A stretch of 62,000 nt of DNA, taken from contig CM052816.1 of NCBI GenBank assembly GCA_028534125.1, forward strand, positions 2,170,001 through 2,232,000, in the 5' to 3' direction. Below, piece after piece: positions 1 through 12,244 of this stretch. This stretch comes from Lama glama. Its lineage: Eukaryota. Position 1 is the first letter of the stretch. The number at the start of each line of letters is the position of its first letter. The notes beneath the pieces were generated by a model. That model saw only the letters and a program-made list of their open reading frames with translations, did no database searches and was not told where the DNA came from. The position numbers were made by a program, and so were the translations under genes.

Positions 1-774
1 CTAAGCTTTTGTTTCCTGGCCTCTTACGCTGGGCTAATAACACTCATGTGCTTGAACAGCCTTGAGCCCTGCAGTTCAGTGAATGGTAGTCCTTGCTTTT
101 GCACGTGTGACTCCTCCCCAGCCTCCCCCCATCCGACGTGGGACCTCTCATTCTTCAGCAAATCCTACCCTTTTGGTCCCAGTAGGTGTGTGGGCAGAGT
201 AAACATCCTGGGCACAGTCTCCAAGTCGCTCTCTCCTCTTTCAGGTGGAGCAGTTTGCAGGTACCGTGGCTGGACCGCTGTTTAGCTAGTTGCTTTGTGG
301 TTCTCTCACAGCAAAGGCTGCAGCTGCCCATGTTGGGTAGTAGAAGGTGGGGGCAAGGGAAACCCTTCCAGAGAGTACCAGAGCAGGGTCAGACCCTGCA
401 GCTGCCCGCCAGCTGGGCTGGAGTCGGAAGGGACCTCAGGAAGCCTCTGGGAAAAGTGTTTCATGAGCAGAGCAGGAAGAGGGCATGTGAATGTGTTCCT
501 TGCGACTGCTTCAGAATTCTGATTCGGATATTTATGCATGGGATCCTGGGGTCCACAGATCTAAGAAGGACAGAGTTCTCTGGTGGCACTTTGGTAGACA
601 ATTTCCGAGGCAAGGGACCACTTCATAGCCTCCCAGCTCCCCTCGGGAAGGCAGACGTGGTTGACCCTCCGAGAATACAGACTGCTTACTGGTTGGTTGC
701 TTGAAAAGTGAAAGACCATAGGTTTCCTTACAAATTATAGCTCAGATGTCCACTTCCTACCAAATCACACCGCA

Positions 775-1260
775 GAGCAAAGTCTGATTGTGTCACTCCC
801 TTGTGTACATAATAAAGTCTAAACTTGATATTCAGGATACTTTGTGATCAAGATAGCTGCCTTACGATTTCAGTTTGATTCTATTCTTGAGCCATGGGTG
901 CTAGAGATTTTCCACTTCGGTGCCTTTGCTCATTCTAGTCTTTGCACCTGGCACACCCACTTGCCGCACGCCGTCTCCACATTTCATGTTCTACCAGCCT
1001 GTTCTAGGAAGTCTTCCCAGCTCCATTTCCCCAACCCAGCTGGGAATGTGTGTTCTGCCTCTGAATTCCCATAGCACTATGTCTCACAGCACCTGGAGCT
1101 TTCTGCCTTGAGGTGCAGGTTATTTATTGATGCATTTTTGTCTCCCTGCTTAGTTTGTAAGTCTTTGAGGATTAGTTTCTGTTCATCTTTGTATTTTTCC
1201 AAAAGACCCAGCCTTTGTCCTACACACGTTAAGCCCCCCCGGTATGCACTGAATTTGTGA
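775..1260 (+). mobile_element. L2 LINE 3' fragment (old, degenerate)
   Basis: Collinear matches to the recalled L2 3' consensus: tctgattgtgtcactccc, gcctttgctcattct, ggaagtcttccc, cccatagcact, tgtaagtctttgagg, tgttcatctttgtat. Confidence 0.7.
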
Positions 1261-1304
1261 GGAGCACAGCGCGCTCATGGACCCCATTCACTGTGACGCT
1301 TCTT

Positions 1305-2160
1305 GATTCATTTACTGCAGAAAAGATCGCCCTGGGTGCCAGGTCTCAAAGTTACAGCAGAGAATGAGATGGACGCGACTCCTGTCCTCTTGTATACTGG
1401 TGGGGAGGTAGTTGAATGTGATTTCACGGACCTAAGTCTGGGATGCCTCAGACGCTGATTGGAGGGGCCCCAGCCAGATCAGGGAAGACTTCCTGAAGCT
1501 ACCGTTTAAGGCTAGGTCCTGACGGAGGAGGAGCAGAGGAACATTATGGTCTGAGTGGTCCCCCCCGCCACACACACACACAAACTCACATGCTGAAGCC
1601 CTGACTCTCAGTGTGACAGCATTAGGACGTGGGGCCTTTGGTGGGTGATTGGGTTTAGATGAAGTGATGAGGGTGAAGCCCCTACTATGGGATTAGTGTT
1701 CTTATAGAAAGAGGAAGAGAGACCAGATCTTGCTCTCTCTACCAGGTGAGGATAGGAGGAAGGAAACCAGCCAGTCTGTAAGCCAGGAAGAGGGCCCTCA
1801 CCAGAACCCTACCCCACCGCACCCTGATCTTGGACTTCCCAGCCTCCAGAGCTGTGAGAATAAATTTCTGCTGTTTAAGCCACCTTGACCTGTGCTGGTG
1901 TGTTATGGCCATCTGAGCAGATGGTTATAGCAATGAAGGTGAGGAGAGCATGAGAGTGTTTGGGACAGCGAAGTCAGCAGGGACAAGTCCTAGAGGAGGA
2001 GGGGACCCAGGCGCTTCGGGTAACCCTGAAAGGGGTATGATGCTGGCGCAGAGGGGACGAGATGGGAAATGAGTCCGGAGACGGCATTGTGGGCACTAGG
2101 GACCGTGTGAGAAGTACCGAGTTCTCTGAAAGTGATGGGGAGCCATTTGATCAATTCAGA
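1305..2160 (-). mobile_element. L2 LINE fragment interrupted by an MLT1A LTR
   Basis: Reverse L2 motifs lie on both sides of the LTR: gggtgccagg...acagcagagaatgagatggac and cagggaagacttcctgaag before it; gagatgggaaatgag...gtgatggggagccatt after it. Confidence 0.7.
1543..1929 (+). mobile_element. MaLR solo LTR, MLT1A/MLT1A0-like
   Basis: Starts ttatggtctgagt; contains ggggcctttgg, atgggattagtg, ccctcaccaga, ccctgatcttggacttcccagcctccagagctgtgagaataaatttctgctgtttaagccacc. Confidence 0.92.
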
Positions 2161-2349
2161 GAATTTGTTAAAATGTCTCAGTTTTACACTGGCCGTTCAG
2201 GATCCCATAGTGGGGATAAAGAGTGTCATTTGAATCGAAAAGGCTCTCACACAAAACAAAACAAAAACATCCCAGTTCCAGGAGCCAAGACTAAGGCACC
2301 TGAGCTGGAGCTAAAATCCCTCCTTCAAAGCTACGTTTTGCCTTAAAGT

Positions 2350-3050
2350 GTGAACACGCCAGGTCCACAGCGAGACATTATTCTCACAGCTCTCGCTGGC
2401 AGCAAGGAGCCGTGGAGGGTCTCTTGAAGTGAATGGGGATGCTTCTTGAGTGGCGTTTTGAGAAAGCACAATGGCCGGGGGTGGGGGGGGGGTTGTGTGT
2501 GGTGGGGGCGATGCTCTCGGCTGGCGCCGGTGGGTGCCTGATGAAATACATCTTGACGTGTCATTGATGTGCGGAGCCCGCGGCCTGTGAGGTCACCTGT
2601 CCCACCCCCTGCGCGGGCAGATTGTTCCTCACACTGTTTCTCAGCTCTTTGTCCGGCGGCTTTGTGCCCCTCAAGCGATGGGGCTTCCACCGCCTCCCTT
2701 GGGAAGCCATACCGCACTCGAATTGAGCCCGCTCTTAAGAAGGTTGCCCTGATCGGCGGCCCAAGTTTTCCTTTCTGTAATTACATCCCATCCCTCTCTG
2801 CTCTACCCCTTCGTGTGACCCCGAGCAATGCTTTCCCTTCATCGGTGTGCCTACACCCTTGCTCGGGGAGAGTATTTGATCCTCGGTCCTCTTTGTCGTC
2901 CCCGAGCTTTGCTTATCCCTGGCTGGTGCCGCGGGAACCCTTCTAAGTAGCTCCTGCTGCTCTTCTCTTTAATCCTCGTGGCTTCCCTTCTTTGATTTCG
3001 GTCCAATTTGCCTATTTCTTTCAGGGGTACCGAAGGGCCCCGAATGAACC
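2350..3050. promoter_or_regulatory. CpG-enriched patch (borderline CpG island)
   Basis: About 38 CpG counted by hand in 2341-3060; GC-rich; not obviously repeat-derived. Confidence 0.45.
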
Positions 3051-3524
3051 CCAGGCATCCTAACTGTAGTAGTTATTAATCTTTCATACGGCAGGCTTTC
3101 TCGATGATGCTAAACTGGGTTGGGTAGAAAATAAGAATCATTTAGAGAGACAGAGATGATGCAAACCCCCTGTGATAGGACTCTGGGCACTTCAGAGAAA
3201 AATGACTTTGACTCCAGGGACCGCCCCCCGCCCCCCCCCCAACCCCAGTCCTCTGATATTCATGCACCTACACTTCATTGTACTATTGAGGGCAGAAGAG
3301 GCGTGAATTTAGGCCGTGGAGGGATGGGAATGACCCTCCCCAATAAGTCTCACTGAATCCAGTCTATTCTCCAAGGCCCAGCTTTTGGATTCGGTCCTCC
3401 ACCACCCCTTCTTTGATCACCCACTTTGACGTGACCAGGTAACGGTTATCACTCCTTCCTGCGAATTTCCAGGGCACTTCCGTAGTGCCTGCTCTGTGGC
3501 CCTTTCTGTTCTCTGTTTTATCCC

Positions 3525-3650
3525 TGTATCTGTTCAGCAAGCATTTATCTAGCACCCACTCCGTTTCGTGCTATTATGGTGCACACAACAAGATTAAGAC
3601 CCCAAGATGGAATTCTTGCCCTCAAGGAGCTGCCGGGGCAGAGGAGGAAG
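3525..3650 (-). mobile_element. L2 3' end fragment
   Basis: ttcagcaagcatttatctagcacccact ... ttcttgccctcaaggagct matches the reverse L2 tail. Confidence 0.65.
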
Positions 3651-3814
3651 CAGTGCACAGCCACAGGGAGAGGCTGGGGTGGAGTGTGCCGGGAGGCCTG
3701 CGGAGCAGGAGTGACAGTGACTCTTCCCATTGTGGGTCGTGAGCTCATGCATGTGGGAAGGCTCACTGTCCCCCCGATGCCTAGCAGGTGCTTTCAAGGT
3801 AGTAGGTGCCCAGG

Positions 3815-3985
3815 AATATCTGTGTGGAGCGCTCATGCCTGCCAGGCCATGCGCTTTACGTGTGTCACCTCATGAACTTGTGAACAGCTTTCAGTACTAT
3901 TATTATTTCCACTGACCAAGGAGAAAACCAAGTCTCAAGGATATAAAGCAACTCACCTGAAGTCACACAGGTGGGAAGTGGTGCG
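3815..3985 (-). mobile_element. MIR SINE
   Basis: gcgctttacgtgtgtcacctcat, tactattattatttcc, actcacctgaagtcacacag match reverse MIR. Confidence 0.75.
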
Positions 3986-4742
3986 GCGTCCATTGTCCGT
4001 TCTCCTGTCTGCTGTTCTGTGTGCATGGATCGGCCATTTGTGCTCAGCTGAGGTGGGAAACTGAGGCAGGAAAGATGGCTCACAAGGAAGGTAATCAAAG
4101 GCCATTTTCCTGTTATGCCTGACGTCATCTGCCTCGTGCTGATATTGACAAACAGCAAGAATGGGATCCGCAAGGCATTTTGTGAGTCAGGTGCCCCGGG
4201 AGCAGGCACAGGTGTTTGTTTATCATTGCTGGTGTCAGACCAAGCTTCTCCCCTCCTTTTTTTTTTTTTTTTTAAAGAATCAGTAGCATCATCTTCATTC
4301 AGCCAGTCCATCTACTTGACCAAATCCTACTTGGGAAGGGGGCAGAGGAAAATGGCCATGCAGTGCAAAGATGGCAGAATAAAAATGATACATGAGTCAT
4401 CTGTGTATTTGGAAAAGCTCTGGGTATTTGGCAGATTTTTGGTGTCATGTTGATACTGTCTTGTGTACTCAGCACATAGTAGGTGTCGACTACCTGTTTG
4501 TTTAAATGAACACATGGCCACCACTTTTGTTCTGGTATATTTTATACTTTCTGGGGTGAGAGTTATTCTGTTGTATAAACGTGCTCCAGTCAAGAAATGG
4601 CTAATTATAGTGATGGGATAGCGTGAGCAGAGTCGCTAAAGGGAAGAAAATGAAATGCCTTTTTGTATATGCTGTCCCTTTATTAAAAGCTTTTTAGGGG
4701 GATGAGTCTAGTTTGTCTTCTGCTTGCTCTCCTAAGTGTTTG

Positions 4743-4745
<3 letters not shown>

Positions 4746-4785
<40 letters not shown>
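4746..4785. repeat. (GT)20 microsatellite
   Basis: Perfect dinucleotide run, read directly. Confidence 0.99.
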
Positions 4786-4786
<1 letters not shown>

Positions 4787-5259
4787 GGCGCAGTGAGACC
4801 CAGCAGCAGCAGATACTGGATGTTCCACCAGCAGCCGGTCCCGGGGTCACCAAGGCTAACCTGGGAGGGGGACAGCAGCACCTGTGCCCGTGGCTCCCGG
4901 GAGGCTCAGTGGGCAAGCGGGGTGGCCACGCTGCAGCAAGCACATTTGTGTCATGTCTCTGGAATGTTCCTCAGCTCCTTGGTGCCCATGGGCTGTGCTG
5001 AGTTCACCTTAACTGCACCCTTGGAGCACAGCCTCTGACCAGCTGCTCCCTCCAAGATCCCTCGGGCAGACCCCTTGTCCGCAGCGCCCGGGCAGAGGAG
5101 CACGGTAAGGGTCAGGGAGCGGACGAAGGGCGTGTGCCTGCCCGGGCACTTTCCTTGAGACCAGGCAAAAACTGGACTCACCATTTCTCAAGGCGAACAC
5201 TAGTGTCTGCTCTGCTTTTTAACAGCTTAAATAGGTTTCGGTTCCCGTAGATTAAAAAT

Positions 5260-5458
5260 ATACAGCGTAGCCATTAACAGCTCAGTCTGGAGCCAGCCTT
5301 CTGGCCTTTCGGCGTAGTCCTGCCACTTTCTTGATGAGTCTTGGGCAAGTTAATCTCCATGAGTCTATTTCCTCTTCTGTAAAATGGGGTTAATAATAGT
5401 GTCTACCTTGTAGACTTGTCATGAGTACAGTCATATACGTAAAGCATTTAGGTCAGGA
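5260..5458 (+). mobile_element. MIR SINE
   Basis: tctggagccag, ctgccactt, ttgggcaagtt, tttcctcttctgtaaaatggggttaataatag, cgtaaagcatttag. Confidence 0.9.
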
Positions 5459-5494
5459 CCAGGCTTTGCTTGTCCTGCTGCTGCTTTAGCAGAG

Positions 5495-5650
5495 ACGTTT
5501 AGTGGACACCGTGTGCCCAGTGCTGTGCCAAACAATGCAGATGCATCAACTCCTTTGACCTTCACAACAGCCTACTAGGGACACTGGGGCTTTGAGAGAT
5601 TAAATAACTTGAACTCGAATTCAAGTTCAGTGTCAGAACCTGCACTCTTG
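5495..5650 (-). mobile_element. MIR SINE (internally deleted), tail-to-tail with the previous copy
   Basis: tgtgcccagtgctgtgcc, ccttcacaacagcct, agagattaaataacttg. Confidence 0.7.
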
Positions 5651-5867
5651 CTAAGTGTCTGACACTGCCCAGGGCAAGGCCTGTCTGAGAGTCGATGTTT
5701 GAATGGCTCATATGAACTGTGGAAGACCTTTGAACTTGAGAGCTGGTAAAAGAGGAAGGAAAGGAAGAGTCCCAGATCTTTCACCCTAGAAGCTTTTGTT
5801 TCTGTCTTGCAAACCACCTCCCCTCCTAGCTCTACAGAGCAGCATAGCTTATCTTCCAGGTAACTTT

Positions 5868-6360
5868 ATACAATGGAATACTGCTAAAAAAAAGAATAAA
5901 ATAATGCCATTTGCAGCAACATGAATGGACCTGGAGATCATCATTTTAAGTGAAGTAAGCCAGAAAGAGAAAGAAGAATACCATATGATATCACTCATAT
6001 GGAATCTGAAAAAAAAGAAGAAGAAGAAAGAGGACATTAATGAACTCATCTACAAAATAGACTCACAGACGTAGTAAACAATCTTATGGTTACTAGGGGA
6101 AAGAGGATGGGAAGGGATGAATTTGGGAGTTAGAGATTTGCAGATGATAACTATTACATATGAAAATAGATGAAGAACAAATTTCTTCTGTTTAGCACAG
6201 GGAACTATATTCAGTATCTTGTAATAACCTTTAATGAAAAAAATATGACAAATATATGTATGTATATGCATGGCTTGGACATTGTGCTGTATGCAAGAAA
6301 TTGACACATTGTAACTGACTGTACTTCAATTTTAAAAAAAAGTCATACAAAAAAAAAAAA
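5868..6360 (+). mobile_element. 5'-truncated L1 (ORF2 end plus 3' UTR, camelid/cetartiodactyl type) with A tail
   Basis: caatggaatact, aataatgccatttgcagcaacatgaatggacctggagat, agtgaagtaagccagaaagagaaaga, agcacagggaactatattcagtatcttgtaataacc, then terminal A runs. Confidence 0.95.
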
Positions 6361-6944
6361 GAGCCAATCCAGTCTGGCAGTGGTGAGTAGAGTGTGTGTG
6401 TGTTGGGGTGGTGCATTATACGGTGCTGCACTGCAGACACTGAGGGAAGGAAGGAGCCAGCGTGCATGTCAATGGCACATGGCTCTAAGGTGTGAGTCAG
6501 CTCCCATGAGTGTTCAGGAGGGTCTGTGTCTTCCCTAGTGCTTGGTAATCATATGACACACACACACTCATACACCCATCACACATGCATTCTTGTTTAC
6601 CTGTGTGTCTTGGACATGGCAAAGATGTCCTGTGGTCCTGTACTCTGCTCTCGTCTACATGGTAGACATTGCACAAGGGCAAGTTCTGTTTTTCTGTGAT
6701 CTAAAGAAGAGCAGAACACAAGAAGAATAATTGAGAGGTAGGGCGATTACTACAGATCGTCATTCCATGTGGGTGTAAAGCAAAGGAGACGCTTGTTAAA
6801 AGATCTCTGCTTCAGATGTATTCATTCAGGTTCTTTCCTTCTGGGGTATGAGCAGATCCAAATTATTTGTTTTTCTGTTTAAAGTGAACCAAAAATAAGC
6901 CCAAACTGTATCCAGCACCACCTGTTTCTCCAGCTCTATGTTAG

Positions 6945-7075
6945 GTTACTTAACTCTTCAACACACTTTGAGAAAAGCCATGCACAGGTTAGAATCCACT
7001 GGCTCGGAGAGGTTCTGTCACTTTCTGAAAGTGACAGGTGAGCAACAAGACAAAGACGCAACCCTGGGTCTCTAT
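6945..7075 (-). mobile_element. MIR fragment
   Basis: ggctcggagaggtt...cactttctgaaagtgacag...aaccctgggtct. Confidence 0.55.
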
Positions 7076-8134
7076 TTATTCCAGCTCTGTTTCCTCTACC
7101 TCACAGGTCTGAAAAGGTTAGAACAAACAACAAACACACAAACAAACCATCCATGAATCCTTTGATGAGCAGTTTAACTTTATTTTATTTACTCTCCAGT
7201 TGGGAGAAATCTATGTTATTTTCTGAGCATCCGCAAAGCCCCCGTAAAGCCAGTTGGGTTAAGAATGTGATTGGGAAATGTTAGGCAAACAATACATCGA
7301 TCTCCTCATCTCCAGCTGACAAGGTAGCTTGTTGAGCACTACCTTCTCTGTCTTCATTTTTGTTGTAATTATGTTTTCCGTCGGAAGGAACATGGTTGCC
7401 TATCGTGGTAAGTTTTCTACTAGCAGCTGATTTCTCCCCTCTTTTCTCTGGTGGAAACTATTTTTCAAATATTCCTTTAGGAAACAGTCTCGGTGAAGAG
7501 GTTTAACTAGACATCCAAACATTTTCCCTTCGGTACCTTGAATTTTTATTTTTCAAAATTTAAATAATACCCAGTATGCATGTATTGACAGTTCTCACTG
7601 GTCGGGAAAAATGATACCCGCACAGCCAAAAAACTAAGCCTTGGCTACACATGTCCTTAGCCCTGTGCAAACTTCTTTAACCCAACTGACAAGTGGCTTC
7701 AGAAGTTCTAAGGAATCAGAGACAAGAGTGTCCATCATTGTAAAATGAATAAATTAAACCTGGAAGGAAAATACCCACTCCCGAGGCTCCGAGATAGCAC
7801 TATGAGATAATTCAGGGCTTCACATGTCCTCCTCTTGCCTTGTAAGAATCTGCAGGAAACTTTTATACAGACAGAGATTGCTCCTCTGGTTATGAAATGG
7901 GAAGGCATCTTTTAAAGGTGTGTTCTGGGAGTGCTGTCCTGAGAGCCCCAGAATAGTAGTTCCCAGCGTTTCAATATTCTCTGAGCTGCATGGGGCTGAA
8001 TAGTTATGAAAAAATGTTTAGACTGATTCTGTTGTAAATTATGTAATGGTGTATAATTTATAATTATAATACCATTATATAAAATTCCTAATACCAGCTG
8101 GGCACATTCTGAAAAAAGATTACTGAATTATTTT

Positions 8135-8720
8135 ATACTTTAAATATTTTTAAATGACTGAGTTTTCCAAAGTATAAAGACATTCAAATCATATTTTTAT
8201 TCCATTTTCCAGAGGTAACCATTGTTTGCATTTGGGAATTTGTTTTGTATTCATTTTTAATGCTTATATAAATAGATGTATTGCAATCTATAAATATGAT
8301 TTAATAATATATACATATTATTGTATATAACGCCTAATGTCTTTAACCCTCTTCTCTGTGTTTGTTATATTAAGATGTGTTCCTTGAGCATGTTTTTTAA
8401 TGACTGCATAATATTACATCATGTGAACAGATCATCATTTATTTAACCAATCTGCCAATGTTAGACATTTAAGATTTTAATTTTTCATTATTATACATAA
8501 TGCTTTGATGAGCATCTCTGACTTCCTTATGACAGATTCCTAGAAGTGCAATTACGGGATCAAAGGATGTGAATGTTTTTCAGCTCTTGATGGGCAACCA
8601 AAGTGCTTTCCAGAGAGGCTGTTCCAATTGGTGCCGCCCCACCCCTGGGTTGAAAGGGCTCAGCGCACTGCACCCTCACCGGCGCGGAATGCCAGCGTCT
8701 GTTCCCATCCTTGCACCCAG
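8135..8720 (-). mobile_element. Ancient L1 (L1M/L1ME-like) 3' fragment
   Basis: ccagaggtaacca, ttttaatgactgcataatatt, tttatttaaccaatc, agacattta, agattcctagaagtg...gggatcaaagg, gctttccagagaggctgt. Confidence 0.85.
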
Positions 8721-9779
8721 GAGCATCTTGGTGATTGCTAAAGTTTAAGGCGGGAAAACCACAAAAGCAGAAGCAGAAGTTTAAATTCCAGACAATACAC
8801 CCAAACTGGCCAAGGCCTTCTGGTTCTTCCAGAAACATCCTTCCCTTATTTTGCAGACAAGAATCTTTTGCTTCTAGGAAGCTGCCTCAGTACTTGACAG
8901 CCTCCCAGAGTATCAGCTGCCCCTCAGCCTCTCGATGTGTGTTCTTGTGTTTCGTGAATGAATGTGCATTAGATAGGGATTTTACCATCTTGTCCATACT
9001 TCGGAGCCATTCTAATGCTTTCCCTGTGCTCAGCCCTCCAATAAAAGGCTGGTGACCTCTTGTGCTTCCACGTCACACCAGATCATTTTGAGCTTCTGCT
9101 GCAGCTAACTGGTTGAAAAATGGCAAATTAAGTCAAAGTTTGATTTGCTCCACAATACTGAGTATTTAATTTTCCCGAGACGTTTTAGGGAATTGGCTAA
9201 TAATTTTGGTGGAGACAGTCTTTGAGGCCTTCCCCGAGGTCACCTAATCCAGACTCCTGCCCCAGAATCAAACCAGGTCAACCCAGAGACACAGTGAGGA
9301 AGGAAAAAGCAAGTTTAATTTCTTAGTAGTTAAAACAAGCATCTTGAAAAAGTCCCCCAAACTTCTGTTTGTCTTGATCTGTGGCTGGGAAGTCAGTTAA
9401 AAAAAAAAAGTGTAGAGTCTGTTCAGTTTGCTGTGAATTAACACCACCGCTGTTAAAGAATCGTTCCTGCTCTAAGTTATGAAACATGATGGGTCAGAAT
9501 GGGTTTCCTTCGGCATTAAAAGCAAATAAACCTTAGAAAAGGGAAGTTTGGTGTAGGAGATGATCACTATTATCTAAATCCTGGTTAAGATGTGACTTGC
9601 TACTTTGATGATGGGTTTGTCATTAATGGCAGTCTCATTAAAAGAGAAACAGAAACGTTGTGGAACTTTTATGTTATGAAAATGGGCAATGAGTTGAGTA
9701 ACCTAAACAAGAGTGACTGTTTGGAATTGCAGGGGTGGTATAACTTGATGAGAATAGGAGGAACAGGGGTTATCCCTGC

Positions 9780-9850
9780 CTGCTTTTGCTCTGACCTGGG
9801 GTAAATCACTTTGCTCAGTGTTCCCCATCTGTAAAATGGAGTCATTTTAT
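9780..9850 (+). mobile_element. MIR core fragment
   Basis: tgacctggggtaaatcactt...ctcagtgttccccatctgtaaaatgg. Confidence 0.8.
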
Positions 9851-10214
9851 TGCTTCCGAACCGTTTAAAGCTTTCAGAAGTGAAAATATCATTCTCCGTT
9901 CTTGGGAAGTGTGGAAATTCACAATGTGATAATTTCCCAAAGTGGGTCACAACAGCCAAATTGTACTTGGGCGGCTGAAACCATTTTAAAGGAAGAGGTA
10001 TCCAAAATGTCCTCGTTCATTTTCAAATCAAATGCTGAATGACACAGCAATGCCGTCCCTGCTGTCGGTGGTGGGGCTGCCAAGCCCCCAACCGCCCGCC
10101 ACGCCACGAGGCGGGCGGCTCTGGGCAGCAGAACAGCAACATCAGCGGCACAATGACCAGGCTCAGAGGAACATCTTTTCACCCCTCATCACTCCCTTTG
10201 ATTCCAGCTTTCCT

Positions 10215-11100
10215 TGATTAGTCATTTGCATGCTCATTTTTGTTCTGTTTCTCCCTGGCAGGGTCCGTTAATTACCAAACAGGGGAGACTTAAAAAAAAA
10301 AAAAACGAAAGAAAAAACAAAACCGAGTCAGCCTTGTTTGCTAAAGTTTTGTTTTAGGTCCAGTAATTCGAATTGGCAGCGAAAGGGAAGAAACTTGCAA
10401 CAGATACACCTGACTAAGTTGCATTTCGCATTTCTAGCACTCAAAAGTACAATGCTTATGGTAATGAATTTTATCTATTACGAGGGAAAACAATCACCTT
10501 TGATGACATTATAGAATAAACACATTTAACAGCATGCTGAATTGCTGAAGTATCATTTTCAACGACCTCATTAGTGTCACTTAATTAAAACTTCCTGCTC
10601 TTGACTTTGATGCTGGTACAGGCAAAAACACAGAGGGAATTGAACAAACAACAAAAAAAGAGGGGGAGGTGTGCATTTTCTAATGATAAATCGCAGAGGT
10701 TGCTAATGAAACCAAATTATGTACCTTTTTCCTGCAACTCCGATAAAATAATATGAAACACGCAGCAACTTTGCATCAAACAAATTAATCAGCTGTCAGC
10801 AGATTTGCCTTATAATAATCTCTTGCACTTATTGATCATTTAAAAAAGAGGGGGGGGCTTTTTTTTTCTCTGTACACAAGCATTAGGTTGGTGATAATTA
10901 AAGCCTCAGCTTCAGAAATGCCATAATAACAGTTAATTAGCAGGGTGCTATTTTCAACATAATTTGCTAATTAGGCAGTGAGCTGGTGTAGTGTATATAC
11001 CTAATTATGAAGGGTCTTGTGCTGTAGACACATGTGACTGGAGTGTAAATGACACCATTATAGGGGTCCTAGCAGATTTTTTGAAAATATAGTTTGTTTA
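10215..11100. promoter_or_regulatory. Candidate conserved non-coding element / developmental enhancer
   Basis: No recognisable repeat, AT-rich, very dense TAAT/ATTA (TTAATTAA 10581-10588), octamer ATTTGCAT 10224-10231, TGTCA sites. Conservation itself was not testable. Confidence 0.6.
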
Positions 11101-11879
11101 GAAGTGCTTACTTCTTTAGGGACTTCATGGTATAAGGACTATTCCCCTTGGTTGTTTTGCATGAGATTTAGAAGAAGCAGCATTCTATGGAAATGGAGCA
11201 CCTCTTTCATCTAGACAGTGGGCAGACAGGCTTTGTTGCCCAGTGCATAATGCAAGGGCTGGTAACTTAGGCACTGAAGTTATGCTTCCTCCACCAGTGG
11301 GGAATCATCCTCCATTTGTCTGCCACACACAATTCATCTGTGGACCAGGACGCTGTACATCTTGTAATACTATATGCCTACCGTACCTTGATTCTTCTGC
11401 CGCACACCGATAACCTATAACATGTATCTCCCTGACTGTCCGTCTCCTCTCCCTCCTGTGTTTCCTTCTATGTCATAAGGAAAAATCTAGCCTTTTCAAA
11501 AATGCATGTTTTATTTATGCCTGGTTTTTCTCCAGCCCACTCCCTAACTGTCTTGGATTAAAGAAAAAAAATTTTTTTTAAAGAGAAGAATGATGAAGTA
11601 TGAAAAGTAAGCATGCGCTCTCATGCGAAAGTCTCAAATTATATGCATATTAGCAATATTTATGAGTTTAAATTTGGCTTTTCAGCAGAGCATAAGCAGA
11701 GTGAGATCATTTGCAGACATATAAACTGGCTTCCTGGACTATAATAGCCTATTTCTTCGAAATGTTTTACCTTGTTTCAAATAAAACTATATTTCTTTAT
11801 TCCCTTTAAACGAAATGAAAACTTAATTCAATAATAAATGAGCTTCAGAGCAGCACAAGAGTCACTTAACTTAAATCTT

Positions 11880-12200
11880 TTTGTAGAGGTTCCCACTTAA
11901 GCAGCTTGAAAGACAGTAAATCACGCCGGGGAACGGACATCCCAATTTCACTGCCGTGCTGTAGAGAGCGGAATTAATGGCCTTCTCTTTAGAATGTATG
12001 GGTGCGCTTTCCAGCTGCTGAGCTTGACAGTGTTATAGCTCAATTAATGCGATTTTGATGTAATTGCAGATAGGGAACGCCGTGCTGAAAAATTATCTTT
12101 TTTCATCAGAATTACGTTTTATCACCCAGATGTGAACGGAGGAGGGCTTCAAGGCCGAATATGATGAGTAACGGGGGCCTGTGTTTTTGTTTTTAAATAA
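11880..12200. promoter_or_regulatory. Candidate enhancer/CNE
   Basis: Non-repeat; retained CpGs; AATTAATG twice, TGACAG, TAATTG. Confidence 0.45.
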
Positions 12201-12244
12201 TGTGTCTCTGAAAGGGGGAGAGAAGAATGAGTCAACTCAGTTAT

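Noticed and set aside
186..704. 172-aa ORF and the other ORF-track entries
   Set aside because: No recognisable domain, random-looking composition, many non-ATG starts, frequent overlap with repeats; expected by chance in mammalian non-coding DNA.
5849..6049. Minus-strand ORF resembling database hypothetical proteins
   Set aside because: Antisense translation of the L1 3' end.
12155..12215. C/D box snoRNA (ATGATGA...CTGA)
   Set aside because: Too short, with no terminal stem and no recognisable guide.
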